Shown here in pieces: positions 15,296 to 24,467 of a DNA stretch of 31,444 nt. Within the stretch, counting starts at the first letter, position 1; each line of letters starts with the position of its first letter. A program made the position numbers and the translations under genes. The notes below the pieces were generated by a model. The model saw nothing but the letters and a program-made list of their open reading frames with translations, did not search any database and was not told the DNA's origin. Origin of the DNA: Endomicrobiia bacterium (GTDB lineage Bacteria > Elusimicrobiota > Endomicrobiia > PHAN01); contig JASEHK010000001.1 of the NCBI GenBank assembly GCA_030018875.1, positions 1 to 31,444 of the forward strand, in the 5' to 3' direction.

Positions 15296-17473
15296 ATGAC
15301 CCCATCACAAAAGGCCGCCGAAACACCGTCGGACATCATCATTGAAATAGGCGCGGAAGAGTTGCCCGCTTTGTATATCGAACCGGCCGCTGAAGAGTTT
15401 GCGCGGATGGTCTCGGAACTTCTCGACGCAAAAAACGTCCGACACGGGGACTTTTCATATACCCACACACCGCGCCGTCTTACCGTTATTGTTCCGGAAG
15501 TCGCCGCCAAGGCGACCGATAAAACTGAAGAATTCATAGGCCCGGCCGTAGGAGCCGGACGATCCAATGACGGCTCCTTCAAAATCCCCGCGCTCGGCTT
15601 CGCGCGAAAACTCGGCATACCTCCCGAAAAACTCATCATCAAAAAACTTCCCAAAGGCGAATACTTCGCGGCAGAAATAAATATCCCCGGGGGGAAAACC
15701 GAAAAAATAATAAACGACGCCATGCCCGGCATCATCGCCCGCATTAAATTCCCGAAGTCAATGGTCTGGAACGACACCAAGTTTCGATTTGCCAGACCCA
15801 TAAGAAATATTCTGGCCATTTACGGCAAAAAAGTCCTGAAATTCGAGGTCGCCGCAATAAAATCGTCCAACAAAACTTTCGGGGCGGGTCCTGGATTCGG
15901 CAAAAAGATCGTCATAACCACCGCCTCCAAATACTTTCAAACGCTCAAAAACACCTGTGTTCTGGCCGACCACAAAGAACGCGAAAAACTCCTGAGGCGG
16001 GCGTTGGAAGCCGCCGCGGGGTCCGTCAAGGCCAGGGCTATCTTCGATGAAGATCTCGCGCGCGAAGTAAATTCTCTCGTGGAATATCCCACCGCTCTCG
16101 TCGGCAGATTCGATAAAAAATATCTTGCCCTGCCGGAAGAGATATTAGTCACGTGCATGAAGAAAAAACAGAAGTTCTTCGCCCTCAGAACAGCCAAGGA
16201 CGGGAGCCTTACGGAGAATTTTATCGCCGTCAAAAACGGTATATCGGCCGGCGTGGACAGAATCGTGGCTGGCTACGAAAAAGTGCTCGCAGCCAGGCTC
16301 GAAGACGCTTTGTTTTTCTACAATAATGATTTGAAACTAGGGCAGTCGCCGATGGCCTCAAAACTTGACGGCATAACCTTCCGCGAAGGCCTTGGCTCTA
16401 TAGCCGGCAAAACCGCGCGGGTAAAAGAGCTTGCCGTATCGTTTGCCGGCGTTCTCGGACTCGACGGCGATGCCGTAAAAAACATAGCCAGGGGAGCGGA
16501 ACTCTCCAAGGCCGATTTATCGAGCGAGATAATATTCGAATATCCGGAGCTTTCAGGAATCGCGGGCGCTATTTACGCAAAAAACGCCGGTGAAAACGAC
16601 AAGGTCTGCTCGATAATCCGCGAGCATTACTACCCTGCCTTGGCAGGCGACGGCGCTTTGCCCTCGACGACAGAGGCGGCCGTAGTAGCCATCGCCGACA
16701 AGGCGGATACTATCGCGTCGGATTTCTATCTGGGTATAATTCCGACGGGCTCCGAAGATCCCTACGGGTTAAGAAGAGTAGCCGCGGGGTTGCTCAGGAT
16801 TCTTCTTGACAAGAAAATCGGGCTCGCCGTTTACGGGGAAAATGTCCGCGGGATTTTCTCGGAAGCCGTGGATAAGATTGTTCCCGCCGGCGAAAAGCGC
16901 GCAAATGTCCGCGCTGAAATTCTCGTAAAGATACAGGATTTTTTAAGACAACGACTCGAAACAATTTTTCAGGAGCGAGGGTTCGCCGCCGACGAAATAA
17001 GAGCGGCGCTTGCCGCCGGATTCGACGATATTCCCGACACCGCAGCGCGGATTGAGGCCTTGAGCGTCGCCAAACGCGAGAGCGCTTTCGAGCAGATAAT
17101 CATACCGGTGAAACGCGCCGCCAATATATTGCGCGTCGCTCGCGGAGAGGACAATAAAGCCGCGAAAACGCCCGAGGCCGTCAACTATGGCGCGGCGACC
17201 GACGAGGCGTTGTTCGTCGAGATTGAGGAAAAGGAACTCTCGGCGGCCGTTGATTCTCTCATAGAAAAATTCAATTACTTCAAAAAATCAAAAGACTATC
17301 TTGGCGCGCTCAATCTTTTGTCCGGTCTGGCCGCCCCGCTGGAAAATTTTTTCAATAAGGTGAAGGTAATGGCGCCCGAGGAAAATCTCAGGCGTAACAG
17401 GCTGGCTTTGCTGAACAGAATCGTCGAGCGCTATCGGGCGATAGCCGACTTTTCCGAACTGAAAATCGGTTAA
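15296..17473 (+). CDS. glyS: Glycine-tRNA ligase beta subunit
   Basis: EIGAEELP, TPRRL, FARPIRNILA, EYPELSGIAG, GSEDPYGLRR and NRLALL motifs. Confidence 0.95.
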   Translation: MTPSQKAAETPSDIIIEIGAEELPALYIEPAAEEFARMVSELLDAKNVRHGDFSYTHTPRRLTVIVPEVAAKATDKTEEFIGPAVGAGRSNDGSFKIPALGFARKLGIPPEKLIIKKLPKGEYFAAEINIPGGKTEKIINDAMPGIIARIKFPKSMVWNDTKFRFARPIRNILAIYGKKVLKFEVAAIKSSNKTFGAGPGFGKKIVITTASKYFQTLKNTCVLADHKEREKLLRRALEAAAGSVKARAIFDEDLAREVNSLVEYPTALVGRFDKKYLALPEEILVTCMKKKQKFFALRTAKDGSLTENFIAVKNGISAGVDRIVAGYEKVLAARLEDALFFYNNDLKLGQSPMASKLDGITFREGLGSIAGKTARVKELAVSFAGVLGLDGDAVKNIARGAELSKADLSSEIIFEYPELSGIAGAIYAKNAGENDKVCSIIREHYYPALAGDGALPSTTEAAVVAIADKADTIASDFYLGIIPTGSEDPYGLRRVAAGLLRILLDKKIGLAVYGENVRGIFSEAVDKIVPAGEKRANVRAEILVKIQDFLRQRLETIFQERGFAADEIRAALAAGFDDIPDTAARIEALSVAKRESAFEQIIIPVKRAANILRVARGEDNKAAKTPEAVNYGAATDEALFVEIEEKELSAAVDSLIEKFNYFKKSKDYLGALNLLSGLAAPLENFFNKVKVMAPEENLRRNRLALLNRIVERYRAIADFSELKIG

Positions 17474-17510
17474 ACAGTTACCGGCGAAAAACACTATCTC
17501 AAAAAAAACC

Positions 17511-17706
17511 TTACTCCGACTCAAATTTCAGTCCCCCGCCCTTTGCTGAATCTCTAATAGATATTTTAGACCTTTCCCTTATCTCGCCGGCGAGAAGTTT
17601 CCTGCTCAAAGCGTCCACTATTTCTTTCGGAATCGCGGCCGACCACGGGGTCGAGTTTTTCCTTGCGGGCGAGTTCGGTCGAATCCCTTGTGTATTTTTC
17701 GAGGGG
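17511..17706 (-). pseudogene. clpB: Internally deleted clpB/clpC remnant: start of NBD1 fused to the C-terminal tail
   Basis: Frame 1 reads PLEKYTRDSTELARKEKLDPVVGRDSE. After a frame change at about 17628-17636 it reads AIPKEIVDALSRKLLAGEIRERSKISIRDSAKGGGLKFESE*. Confidence 0.8.
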
Positions 17707-17758
17707 TTTTTCCCCGCCCCCTTACTACTAATCCCTGTCTACTTTTTTATTATGCAGG

Positions 17759-19318
17759 TCAGACGACGAACTTGTCAAGGGAGCGGTAAGACACGGCTTC
17801 GGCGATATGAGACGGCTCGATATCGCCGGAGACAGAGAGGTCGGCTATGGTGCGCGCTACCTTTACGACTTTGTCACAGCCCCGAGCCGACAGCCCGAGT
17901 TTTTCGACAGCGGCCAGAAGGAGATTTTTGCAATCGCCCGACAGGCGACAATGTTTTTTTAGGCCCCGCGGCGACAGAGAGGCGTTCGTTTGCGAATGGG
18001 CCCCGTTACGGCGGAATTGAATCTCTCTGGCGCGCTCGACGCGAAGGCGGATATTGGAAGAAGATTCCGTCGCAGGCGTTCCGGATGAATCCTGAGAATT
18101 AAGGGCCGGCATCTCGGAGGCTTTTAGCGCGGGCACCTCTACGTGAATGTCTATCCTGTCTAAAAGCGGACCGGATATCTTGGCGAGATATTTTCTTATA
18201 CTCCACGGAGTGCAAACGCATTCCTTTTCGGGATGGCCATAGTTCCCGCAAGGGCACGGATTCATTGCGGCGATGAGCATAAATGAGGCGGGAAAGCTCA
18301 GCGTGTTTTTCGCCCGAGCGATGGTCACGCGACGGTCTTCAAGAGGCTGTCTGATAGCCTCCAAAACATTTCTGTCGAACTCGGGCAGTTCGTCCAAAAA
18401 AAGAACTCCGCGATGGGCCAGCGAGACCTCGCCGGGACGCGGATTCTGTCCGCCGCCTATCAGAGCTGCGTCGGAAACGGTGTGATGGGGAGAGCGGAAC
18501 GGCCGCGCCTGAATAAGCCCTTCGCGCGACAAATGCCCCGATACAGAGTGAATCTTCGTAACCTCGACGGCCTCGTCGTAAGAGGGCGGAGGCAGTATGC
18601 CGGCTATCCGTCGGGCGATCATCGTCTTGCCGGATCCGGGAGGTCCGATCATAAGCATATTGTGCCCTCCGGCGACGGCCACCTCCGCGGCGCGCTTGGC
18701 ATAGCTCTGGCCTTTTATTTCCGAGAAGTCAATATCATACTCTCCTTCGGGCGCGACGCGCGAAAAACCCCGACGCGGCGTCGGCTCGATGGATTTTTCT
18801 CCGCGCAGAAACTCGGCGACCTCGCGCAACGATTCGGCGCCGATTATTTTTATATCTTCGACGAGCGCGGCCTCTGCGGCGTTGGCCGCCGGCACCACGA
18901 AACTTTCGATTCCGCGTTTTTTCAGAGCCAGCGCCATAGGTAAAACGCCCCTTACGGGGCGCAGCCGACCGTCGAGCGCGAGCTCGCCGATGACGGCTAC
19001 ATTCTCCAAACTCAGCGACGATGAGCCGCCAGACAGAGCGCCTTCGGCCGCCAGGATTCCGAGCGCTATCGGCAAATCGAAAATCGCCCCTTCTTTTTTT
19101 ATCGAAGCCGGCGCCAGGTTTACGGTAATTTTTCTGACGGGGAATCCGAAGCCGGAGTTTCTCAAGGCCGCCGTGACGCGCTCCTTGGATTCTCTCACCG
19201 CCGCGTCGGGCAGTCCCACCGTGGCAAAAACGGGAAAACCAGGCGCCATATCCACTTCTACGGTAACGAGATAGCCGTCTATGCCTTCGACAGCGCAGGA
19301 AAATATTTTGGAAAGCAA
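17759..19318 (-). CDS. comM: YifB/ComM family Mg-chelatase-like AAA+ ATPase
   Basis: VGLPDAAVRESKER, GPPGSGKT, PFRSPHH, GEVSLAH, FLDELPEF and AAMNPCPCG. Start moved to TTG 19318 behind AGGGGG. Confidence 0.93.
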   Translation of the reverse strand: MLSKIFSCAVEGIDGYLVTVEVDMAPGFPVFATVGLPDAAVRESKERVTAALRNSGFGFPVRKITVNLAPASIKKEGAIFDLPIALGILAAEGALSGGSSSLSLENVAVIGELALDGRLRPVRGVLPMALALKKRGIESFVVPAANAAEAALVEDIKIIGAESLREVAEFLRGEKSIEPTPRRGFSRVAPEGEYDIDFSEIKGQSYAKRAAEVAVAGGHNMLMIGPPGSGKTMIARRIAGILPPPSYDEAVEVTKIHSVSGHLSREGLIQARPFRSPHHTVSDAALIGGGQNPRPGEVSLAHRGVLFLDELPEFDRNVLEAIRQPLEDRRVTIARAKNTLSFPASFMLIAAMNPCPCGNYGHPEKECVCTPWSIRKYLAKISGPLLDRIDIHVEVPALKASEMPALNSQDSSGTPATESSSNIRLRVERAREIQFRRNGAHSQTNASLSPRGLKKHCRLSGDCKNLLLAAVEKLGLSARGCDKVVKVARTIADLSVSGDIEPSHIAEAVSYRSLDKFVV

Positions 19319-19386
19319 TAGTCCCCCTTTTGTTTGATATGAAACTTCAAAACGCCGCAATCGAAATCACTGCGCGGAATATCGCG

Positions 19387-19749
19387 CTATGCAAAAGCGT
19401 TTTCGAAATGTTTGATGCCAGACGGCTTCACGCTTACGACGTCGAACCTCATATAAGCATCGCCGAGTTTGTAACGCTCTATGTATGTCCATGCGGCCTT
19501 TTTCATGCGCTCGATTTTTCTGCGGGTCACGAACTCGTGAGGCGCGCCGAAACCGGAGACCTTGCGGTACTTGACCTCGACAAAAACGAGCGCGCCGCCG
19601 TCCAGAGCGATTATATCGAGTTCGCCGAATCTCGTTCTAAAGTTTCTGGCCAGAACGCGCATGCCGAGCGCCAAGAGATAACGCGCCGCCGCTTCTTCCG
19701 CCAGAGCGCCTGATTTTTGCGACGGACCCGAATATTCCTTCACTCCCAC
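19387..19749 (-). CDS. yraN: YraN family (UPF0102) endonuclease-like protein
   Basis: GALAEEAAARYL, RNFRTRFGELDII and LVFVEVK. Confidence 0.9.
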   Translation of the reverse strand: MGVKEYSGPSQKSGALAEEAAARYLLALGMRVLARNFRTRFGELDIIALDGGALVFVEVKYRKVSGFGAPHEFVTRRKIERMKKAAWTYIERYKLGDAYMRFDVVSVKPSGIKHFENAFA

Positions 19750-19788
19750 CCCCCGACAAATCTCATTACCGATACCACTGAAAAAGCA

Positions 19789-20418
19789 TCACACTATATT
19801 TTTCAGAAAAGTTTTTCTGTGAACGGAACACGCGCCAATCTTCTTTATGGCCGCGATGTGCTCCCGCGTGCCGTAGCCCTTGTGTTTGGCAAAACCGTAG
19901 TCGCGATATTTTTTGTCGAGCCGCGTCATTATCCTGTCTCTGGTGACTTTGGCTATGATGGACGCGGCGGCCGTCGAGGCCGACAGGCCGTCGCCGCCGA
20001 CGACGGTTATCTGAGGAACGCCGAGGCCGGGGATTTCGAGATTGCCGTCGAAAATGACGAGCCCCAGGCGACGGCGACCGAGTTTTTTTTCAAGCCCCCG
20101 CGCCGCGCGACGGCAAGCCGCAAAGGTCGCGCGAAGTATCCCGACGCGGTCTATCTGACGATGCGAAGAGACGGCCGCCGATACCGCGACGGCGTTGGCG
20201 CGGATGAGCATGAAAAGTTCTTCGCGCTTTCTTGCTGATAATTTTTTGGAATCGTTTACGCCCGGAATGGGCCGGCTGCGGTCAAGCGCCACGGCGGCGA
20301 CGGCCACCGGACCGGCAAGAGGCCCCCGCCCCGCCTCGTCAACCCCCGCCATCACGACGCCCGACGATATCCCGCGCTCTGAAGCCACTACTTCGTCAAA
20401 AAAATACAGCGGCGACAT
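19789..20418 (-). CDS. rnhB: Ribonuclease HII
   Basis: GVDEAGRGPLAGPV, DSKKLS, AAASIIAKVTRD and KHKGYGT. Confidence 0.95.
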   Translation of the reverse strand: MSPLYFFDEVVASERGISSGVVMAGVDEAGRGPLAGPVAVAAVALDRSRPIPGVNDSKKLSARKREELFMLIRANAVAVSAAVSSHRQIDRVGILRATFAACRRAARGLEKKLGRRRLGLVIFDGNLEIPGLGVPQITVVGGDGLSASTAAASIIAKVTRDRIMTRLDKKYRDYGFAKHKGYGTREHIAAIKKIGACSVHRKTFLKNIV

Positions 20419-20421
20419 ACT

Positions 20422-20440
20422 GCCCCGACGATGTCGGGAC
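20422..20440. repeat. CCCGAC/GTCGGG palindrome directly upstream of the rnhB start
   Basis: GCCCCGAC-GAT-GTCGGGAC. Confidence 0.55.
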
Positions 20441-20462
20441 GACGCGCGTTTGGAAACAGTCT

Positions 20463-20966
20463 TTATTTCTTTTCTCCGTCGGCAAAAGGCGTTTTTCCCG
20501 ATTTGGTTTTCACGACGGAGTCCGCCGCCGCCGGAACAGTCGCAACGACTCGCGCCTCACCGACGGATGACAAAGAGGCGTCGGCAGACGGCTCGACGTG
20601 AGCGGCAAGAGCATCGCCGACCGAGAGTTTACCATCTTCTATTCTGGCCGCCTTGCCCGAGAGCTTCCTGAGATAGTAGAGTTTTGCTCGACGCACCTTG
20701 CCCGATTTTACGAGCTCGATTTTATGAATGAGCGGAGATTCCATCGGAAATATGCGCTCCACACCCACGCCGAAAGAGTTTTTTCTGACGGTGAATGTCC
20801 GCGACACGCCGGAGCCCTTTATTCTTATTACCACGCCTTCGAATACCTGAATTCTCTGACTGTCTCCTTCTTTAATTTTGAAAGAAACCTTTATCTGGTC
20901 TCCGTATGAAAAAATCTCTTTTGAGTCGGCGCCGGTCTTTGTCTTAATTGTTGTAGTCGTCGTCAT
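20463..20966 (-). CDS. rplS: 50S ribosomal protein L19 with a C-terminal extension
   Basis: [26 protein letters not shown] and [12 protein letters not shown]. Confidence 0.95.
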   Translation of the reverse strand: MTTTTTIKTKTGADSKEIFSYGDQIKVSFKIKEGDSQRIQVFEGVVIRIKGSGVSRTFTVRKNSFGVGVERIFPMESPLIHKIELVKSGKVRRAKLYYLRKLSGKAARIEDGKLSVGDALAAHVEPSADASLSSVGEARVVATVPAAADSVVKTKSGKTPFADGEKK

Positions 20967-20969
20967 TGT

Positions 20970-21737
20970 TTATTTCTCCTTTTTGGGTTCTTTAAGCAAA
21001 TCGGGTCGCTTTTTGCGCGTGGCTTCAAACGCTTTTTCGCGTCGCCACTCTTTGATTTTACCGTGGTCGCCGCTTAAAATCGCCGCAGGGACTTTGCGTC
21101 GGCGCCACACGCGCGGCCTTGTGTAATGCGGACAGTCGAGGAGTCCTGAATAAAAAGAGTCATTCTCGACGGAAGCCGACTCTTTTACCACGCCGCCCGC
21201 GAGCCTTGAGACGGCGTCGGCCACAGCCATCGCGGCTATCTCGCCTCCGGTCATTACGAAATCGCCCAGCGAGATTTCCTCATCAACAAAATCCATTATT
21301 CTTTCGTCAACGCCCTCGTAGCGTCCGCATATAAGAAAAATTTTTTCGTACGAGGCGAGCCGGCGAGCGCAATCATGGTCGAATCTTTGTCCCTGAGGCG
21401 ACAAAAGTATGACTCGCGCGCGGGCGGACATTGCGCGCGCGACGGGCGCGGATTTCCGCGGGACTCGAATGGGTGTTTTGGGAGACGAAACAACGCGCTT
21501 AAAACGCTCGGGCAGGCGCTTTTTCAAAGCCAGATAAATCGGCTCGGCTTTCATTACCATACCGGGACCGCCGCCGAAAGGTCTCTCGTCGGTGATACGA
21601 TGGCGGTCAAGCGCAAAATCCCGAAGATTGATGATGTTTATATTTATCGAGCCTCGCTCTATCGCGCGAGCCACCACACCGTCGGACAGAAAACCTCCGA
21701 AATAGTCGGGAAAAAGAGTCAAAATATCAAAGATCAT
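20970..21737 (-). CDS. trmD: tRNA (guanine-N1)-methyltransferase
   Basis: RPFGGGPGMVMK, LLSPQG, CGRYEGVDER, SLGDFVMTGGE and PHYTRP. Confidence 0.95.
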   Translation of the reverse strand: MIFDILTLFPDYFGGFLSDGVVARAIERGSININIINLRDFALDRHRITDERPFGGGPGMVMKAEPIYLALKKRLPERFKRVVSSPKTPIRVPRKSAPVARAMSARARVILLSPQGQRFDHDCARRLASYEKIFLICGRYEGVDERIMDFVDEEISLGDFVMTGGEIAAMAVADAVSRLAGGVVKESASVENDSFYSGLLDCPHYTRPRVWRRRKVPAAILSGDHGKIKEWRREKAFEATRKKRPDLLKEPKKEK

Positions 21738-21790
21738 TGTTTATAAGTAACTCGGTAAGGCGGGCGGTTTTTGATTAAAAAATCCGGTTA

Positions 21791-21819
21791 ATTTTACATT
21801 ATTTGATTTTTTTTGTCAA
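21791..21819 (-). promoter_or_regulatory. Sigma70-type promoter for the trmD-rplS operon
   Basis: TTGACA (21819-21814), 17 nt spacer, TAAAAT (21796-21791). Confidence 0.8.
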
Positions 21820-21862
21820 TTATATATTATTGATAGCGTAACGGGGCGGGCAGCGTATCAAA

Positions 21863-21941
21863 GTAAATAGTGACTATTAAAATACCTCTTGCTTAATCGC
21901 TATTCGTCCCGATGTAACGTCGGGACTATTCGCTTTATTTA
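21863..21941. repeat. Intergenic hairpin element with an embedded GTCCCGA/TCGGGAC palindrome flanked by CTATTCG direct repeats
   Basis: GTCCCGA-TGTAACG-TCGGGAC at 21906-21926; outer GTAAATA / TATTTAC pairing. Confidence 0.6.
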
Positions 21942-22007
21942 CGTCGCAACGACTGTCCACAGGGTTACTTTTCTTGATGACTTGACAGGGCGTCCCGCCA
22001 AAACATT

Positions 22008-24308
22008 ATGTTTTTCCTTATATACATAGCGGCATTCGCATTTTATATTTTTCATATGGCTCCGTCGGTTACCGTCGGCGACGCAGGCGAGTTTATAGCC
22101 TCGGCGAAGATTCTGGGCATAGCCCACGCTCCGGGCTATCCGTTTTTCTCTCTGACGGGGAAAATAGTTTCATTGATGATACCGTGGGGGAGCGCGGCGT
22201 TCCGAATTAATATATTGAGCGCGGCGGCGGGGGCGGGGGCGGCGGCGGTCGTTTATAAATTGATAAGAGAAAATCTTACGCCCGACCGAGAGCGCTTCGC
22301 GTCGTGGGCGGCCGTTGGCGCGGCGGCGGTATTCGCATCGTCCATTGCAGTGGCGCGCTCCGCGACCCAAACGGAGGTATTCACGCTCAACGCCCTTTTT
22401 GCCTCGATGATAACTTGGGCATTGCTGTCGTTCGCGCAAAGGCGCGAATATGTCGGCGACACGGCAAGAATTTTATCGGGCGGAGGCGGAAAATCGGAAC
22501 GATTTTTATATCTGGCGTCATTTCTTTTCGGGCTGGGGGCTTCAAATCATCAGACGATAATTCTTTTGCTTCCGGCTGCGGTCTGGCTGATATTGCGCGA
22601 GCGCGCGGCGCTATTGCTGCGACGCGCGCCCATACTATTATTATTCGCGGCTCTGGGCTTTTCGCTCAACTTTTATCTGCCGATAAGGGCGACGGCAAAG
22701 CCCGCGCTCAACGTGGGCGACCCGTCCACCCCACGCAATTTCGTAAGAGTCCTTCGCCGCGCGGACTACGGAACGCTTAAACTCACCGCCGGAGAAAAGC
22801 CGGTATATTCGACGGCCGCGCTCATCAGACAGTCGCGTCGGGTCATAAGCGGAATCGCAAGGGAATTCGGCGTTGCGGGCGCAATTGTTATTTTGACGGG
22901 CGCGGGGGCTATTGCGGCGGGGAAGATTATTCTGCCCGCCGGCGCGGCGGGTTTTTGGTTTATTCTCTACCTGTTCGCCGTGCCGTTTTTTATTTTCATG
23001 GGAAACCTTCCGTTCGACGCGGAATCGGAGGGAATACTCGAGCGTTTTTACGTGATGGGAAACATCCCGCTTGTTTTTCTTTTGGCCGCGGGAGCCGAAG
23101 CGACGCGAAAAATAATCGTGAAAATGTCGTCAAAAAAAATATCGCCCGAGAAGCAAACTCCCGGACGGGATGCAGAAGCGATGCCCGTCGCGGGCCGCAT
23201 TTTACAAGCCGTTCCGGCGGCGGCGATATTCGCTTTCGCTTTTTTTAACGCCGTCGCCAATCGAAAAGATTTCGATTTAAGGCATTATTTCCTGGCGCAC
23301 GATTACGGCAGAAATGTGCTGAAAACCGTCGAGCCGCGCGGAGCTCTTTTTATGGACGGCGGCGACGACACATTTTACACTACGGCTTATTTCGTCTTCG
23401 CCGAAAAACTGCGAGAGGACGTATCCCTTTTCGACAGAGGCGCGGTGGTTTTTCAATCCCCTTACGGCGCGGACTTCAGGCGCTTGACGCGGGACGAAAA
23501 AGACATCAGACGCTCGACGGTCGAAAAACTGTTCGCGGCGCGACGGCCGGTATATTTTTCAACTTTCAACAAGGATATAATGGGACGCGGGGGAGTGAGC
23601 CAGACGGGAATTTTATATCGGGCGCGCAACGGGCTGAAAACATCCGACGCGATAATGGCCGCGATAAAAGACGGCGGCCTCAAAACGGCGGGCGACTGGT
23701 TTTTCAATTTCTATTCGATGAGAAACGTCTTCGAAGAGTTGACGGATTCCAGGTCCAGGGCGCTGCAGCCGATATATCCGTTTCTTGAGGCGTCCGCGAT
23801 GGCGGAAGAGGCATCCAAATCCGCCGTCGGGAACACCGCCATCGGCGGAATCACCGTGAAATCCGCCTCGATTTTAGATTACTGCCTCAAACGATGGCCC
23901 GAGGTTTCATGGCTTGAAACCAACGCTGCCATCGAAGCGGAGCACATCGCCTATTCACGTTTTATCGTCGGAGATTTTGAAACGGCAAAAGGCCTGTATG
24001 AAATGATAACGCGGCACAATCCGATGAACTATTCGGCGTGGACGAATATGGGGGTCGTGTTCGAAAGGATGGGCCGAGGCGACAAGGCGCTTGAATGCTA
24101 CGCGCGCGCATATCAGGCCAATCCCAGACATACTTCGGCTTATTATAACGCCGCGGTGATTTACTGGAAAAGGGGGGACTGGGAGAAGGTGGCGGAGTTT
24201 TTCGGGGAGGTCGTGGAAATAGAGCCTCGAAATGACAAGGCCAGGGGATATCTTGATGCTGCCCGCTCAAAAATCGTCAAACAACCTACCGTCTTAAAAA
24301 CACCATAA
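22008..24308 (+). CDS. DUF2723 / TMEM260-like GT-C membrane glycosyltransferase with C-terminal TPRs
   Basis: VGDAGEF, GIAHAPGYP, EVFTLN, FLFGLGASNHQT and GDPSTP motifs; multiple TM helices; TPR motifs (AWTNMGVVF, AYYNAAVIY). Confidence 0.85.
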   Translation: MFFLIYIAAFAFYIFHMAPSVTVGDAGEFIASAKILGIAHAPGYPFFSLTGKIVSLMIPWGSAAFRINILSAAAGAGAAAVVYKLIRENLTPDRERFASWAAVGAAAVFASSIAVARSATQTEVFTLNALFASMITWALLSFAQRREYVGDTARILSGGGGKSERFLYLASFLFGLGASNHQTIILLLPAAVWLILRERAALLLRRAPILLLFAALGFSLNFYLPIRATAKPALNVGDPSTPRNFVRVLRRADYGTLKLTAGEKPVYSTAALIRQSRRVISGIAREFGVAGAIVILTGAGAIAAGKIILPAGAAGFWFILYLFAVPFFIFMGNLPFDAESEGILERFYVMGNIPLVFLLAAGAEATRKIIVKMSSKKISPEKQTPGRDAEAMPVAGRILQAVPAAAIFAFAFFNAVANRKDFDLRHYFLAHDYGRNVLKTVEPRGALFMDGGDDTFYTTAYFVFAEKLREDVSLFDRGAVVFQSPYGADFRRLTRDEKDIRRSTVEKLFAARRPVYFSTFNKDIMGRGGVSQTGILYRARNGLKTSDAIMAAIKDGGLKTAGDWFFNFYSMRNVFEELTDSRSRALQPIYPFLEASAMAEEASKSAVGNTAIGGITVKSASILDYCLKRWPEVSWLETNAAIEAEHIAYSRFIVGDFETAKGLYEMITRHNPMNYSAWTNMGVVFERMGRGDKALECYARAYQANPRHTSAYYNAAVIYWKRGDWEKVAEFFGEVVEIEPRNDKARGYLDAARSKIVKQPTVLKTP

Positions 24309-24342
24309 ACAGCACGGTCATCAGGGCGACCTGTCCGGCCCA

Positions 24343-24467
24343 GTAGGGGCGAAAAATCTTTCGCCCTCGGAAGTTTTTCGCCGTCGGGGTTCTGCGTCAC
24401 CGGAAAATGAAGTAGGGGCGAAAAATCTTTCGCCCTCGGGGGCGAAAAATCTTTCGCCCCTACTTCA
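24343..24467. repeat. Cluster of three GTAG-type REP palindromes (GGGCGAAAAATCTTTCGCCC core)
   Basis: Copies at 24343-24367, 24412-24436 and about 24438-24463. Copies 2 and 3 are bounded by a perfect 16-bp inverted repeat (24408-24423 / 24452-24467). They lie between convergent genes and may also act as a terminator. Confidence 0.85.

Noticed and set aside
21982-22010. TTGACA promoter for the DUF2723 gene
   Set aside because: The matching -10 position would overlap the start codon, which is inconsistent unless the true start lies downstream. Left unresolved.
24343-24467. CRISPR array
   Set aside because: Only three palindromic copies, two of them abutting, with no regular unique spacers and no cas genes. 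A REP cluster fits better.
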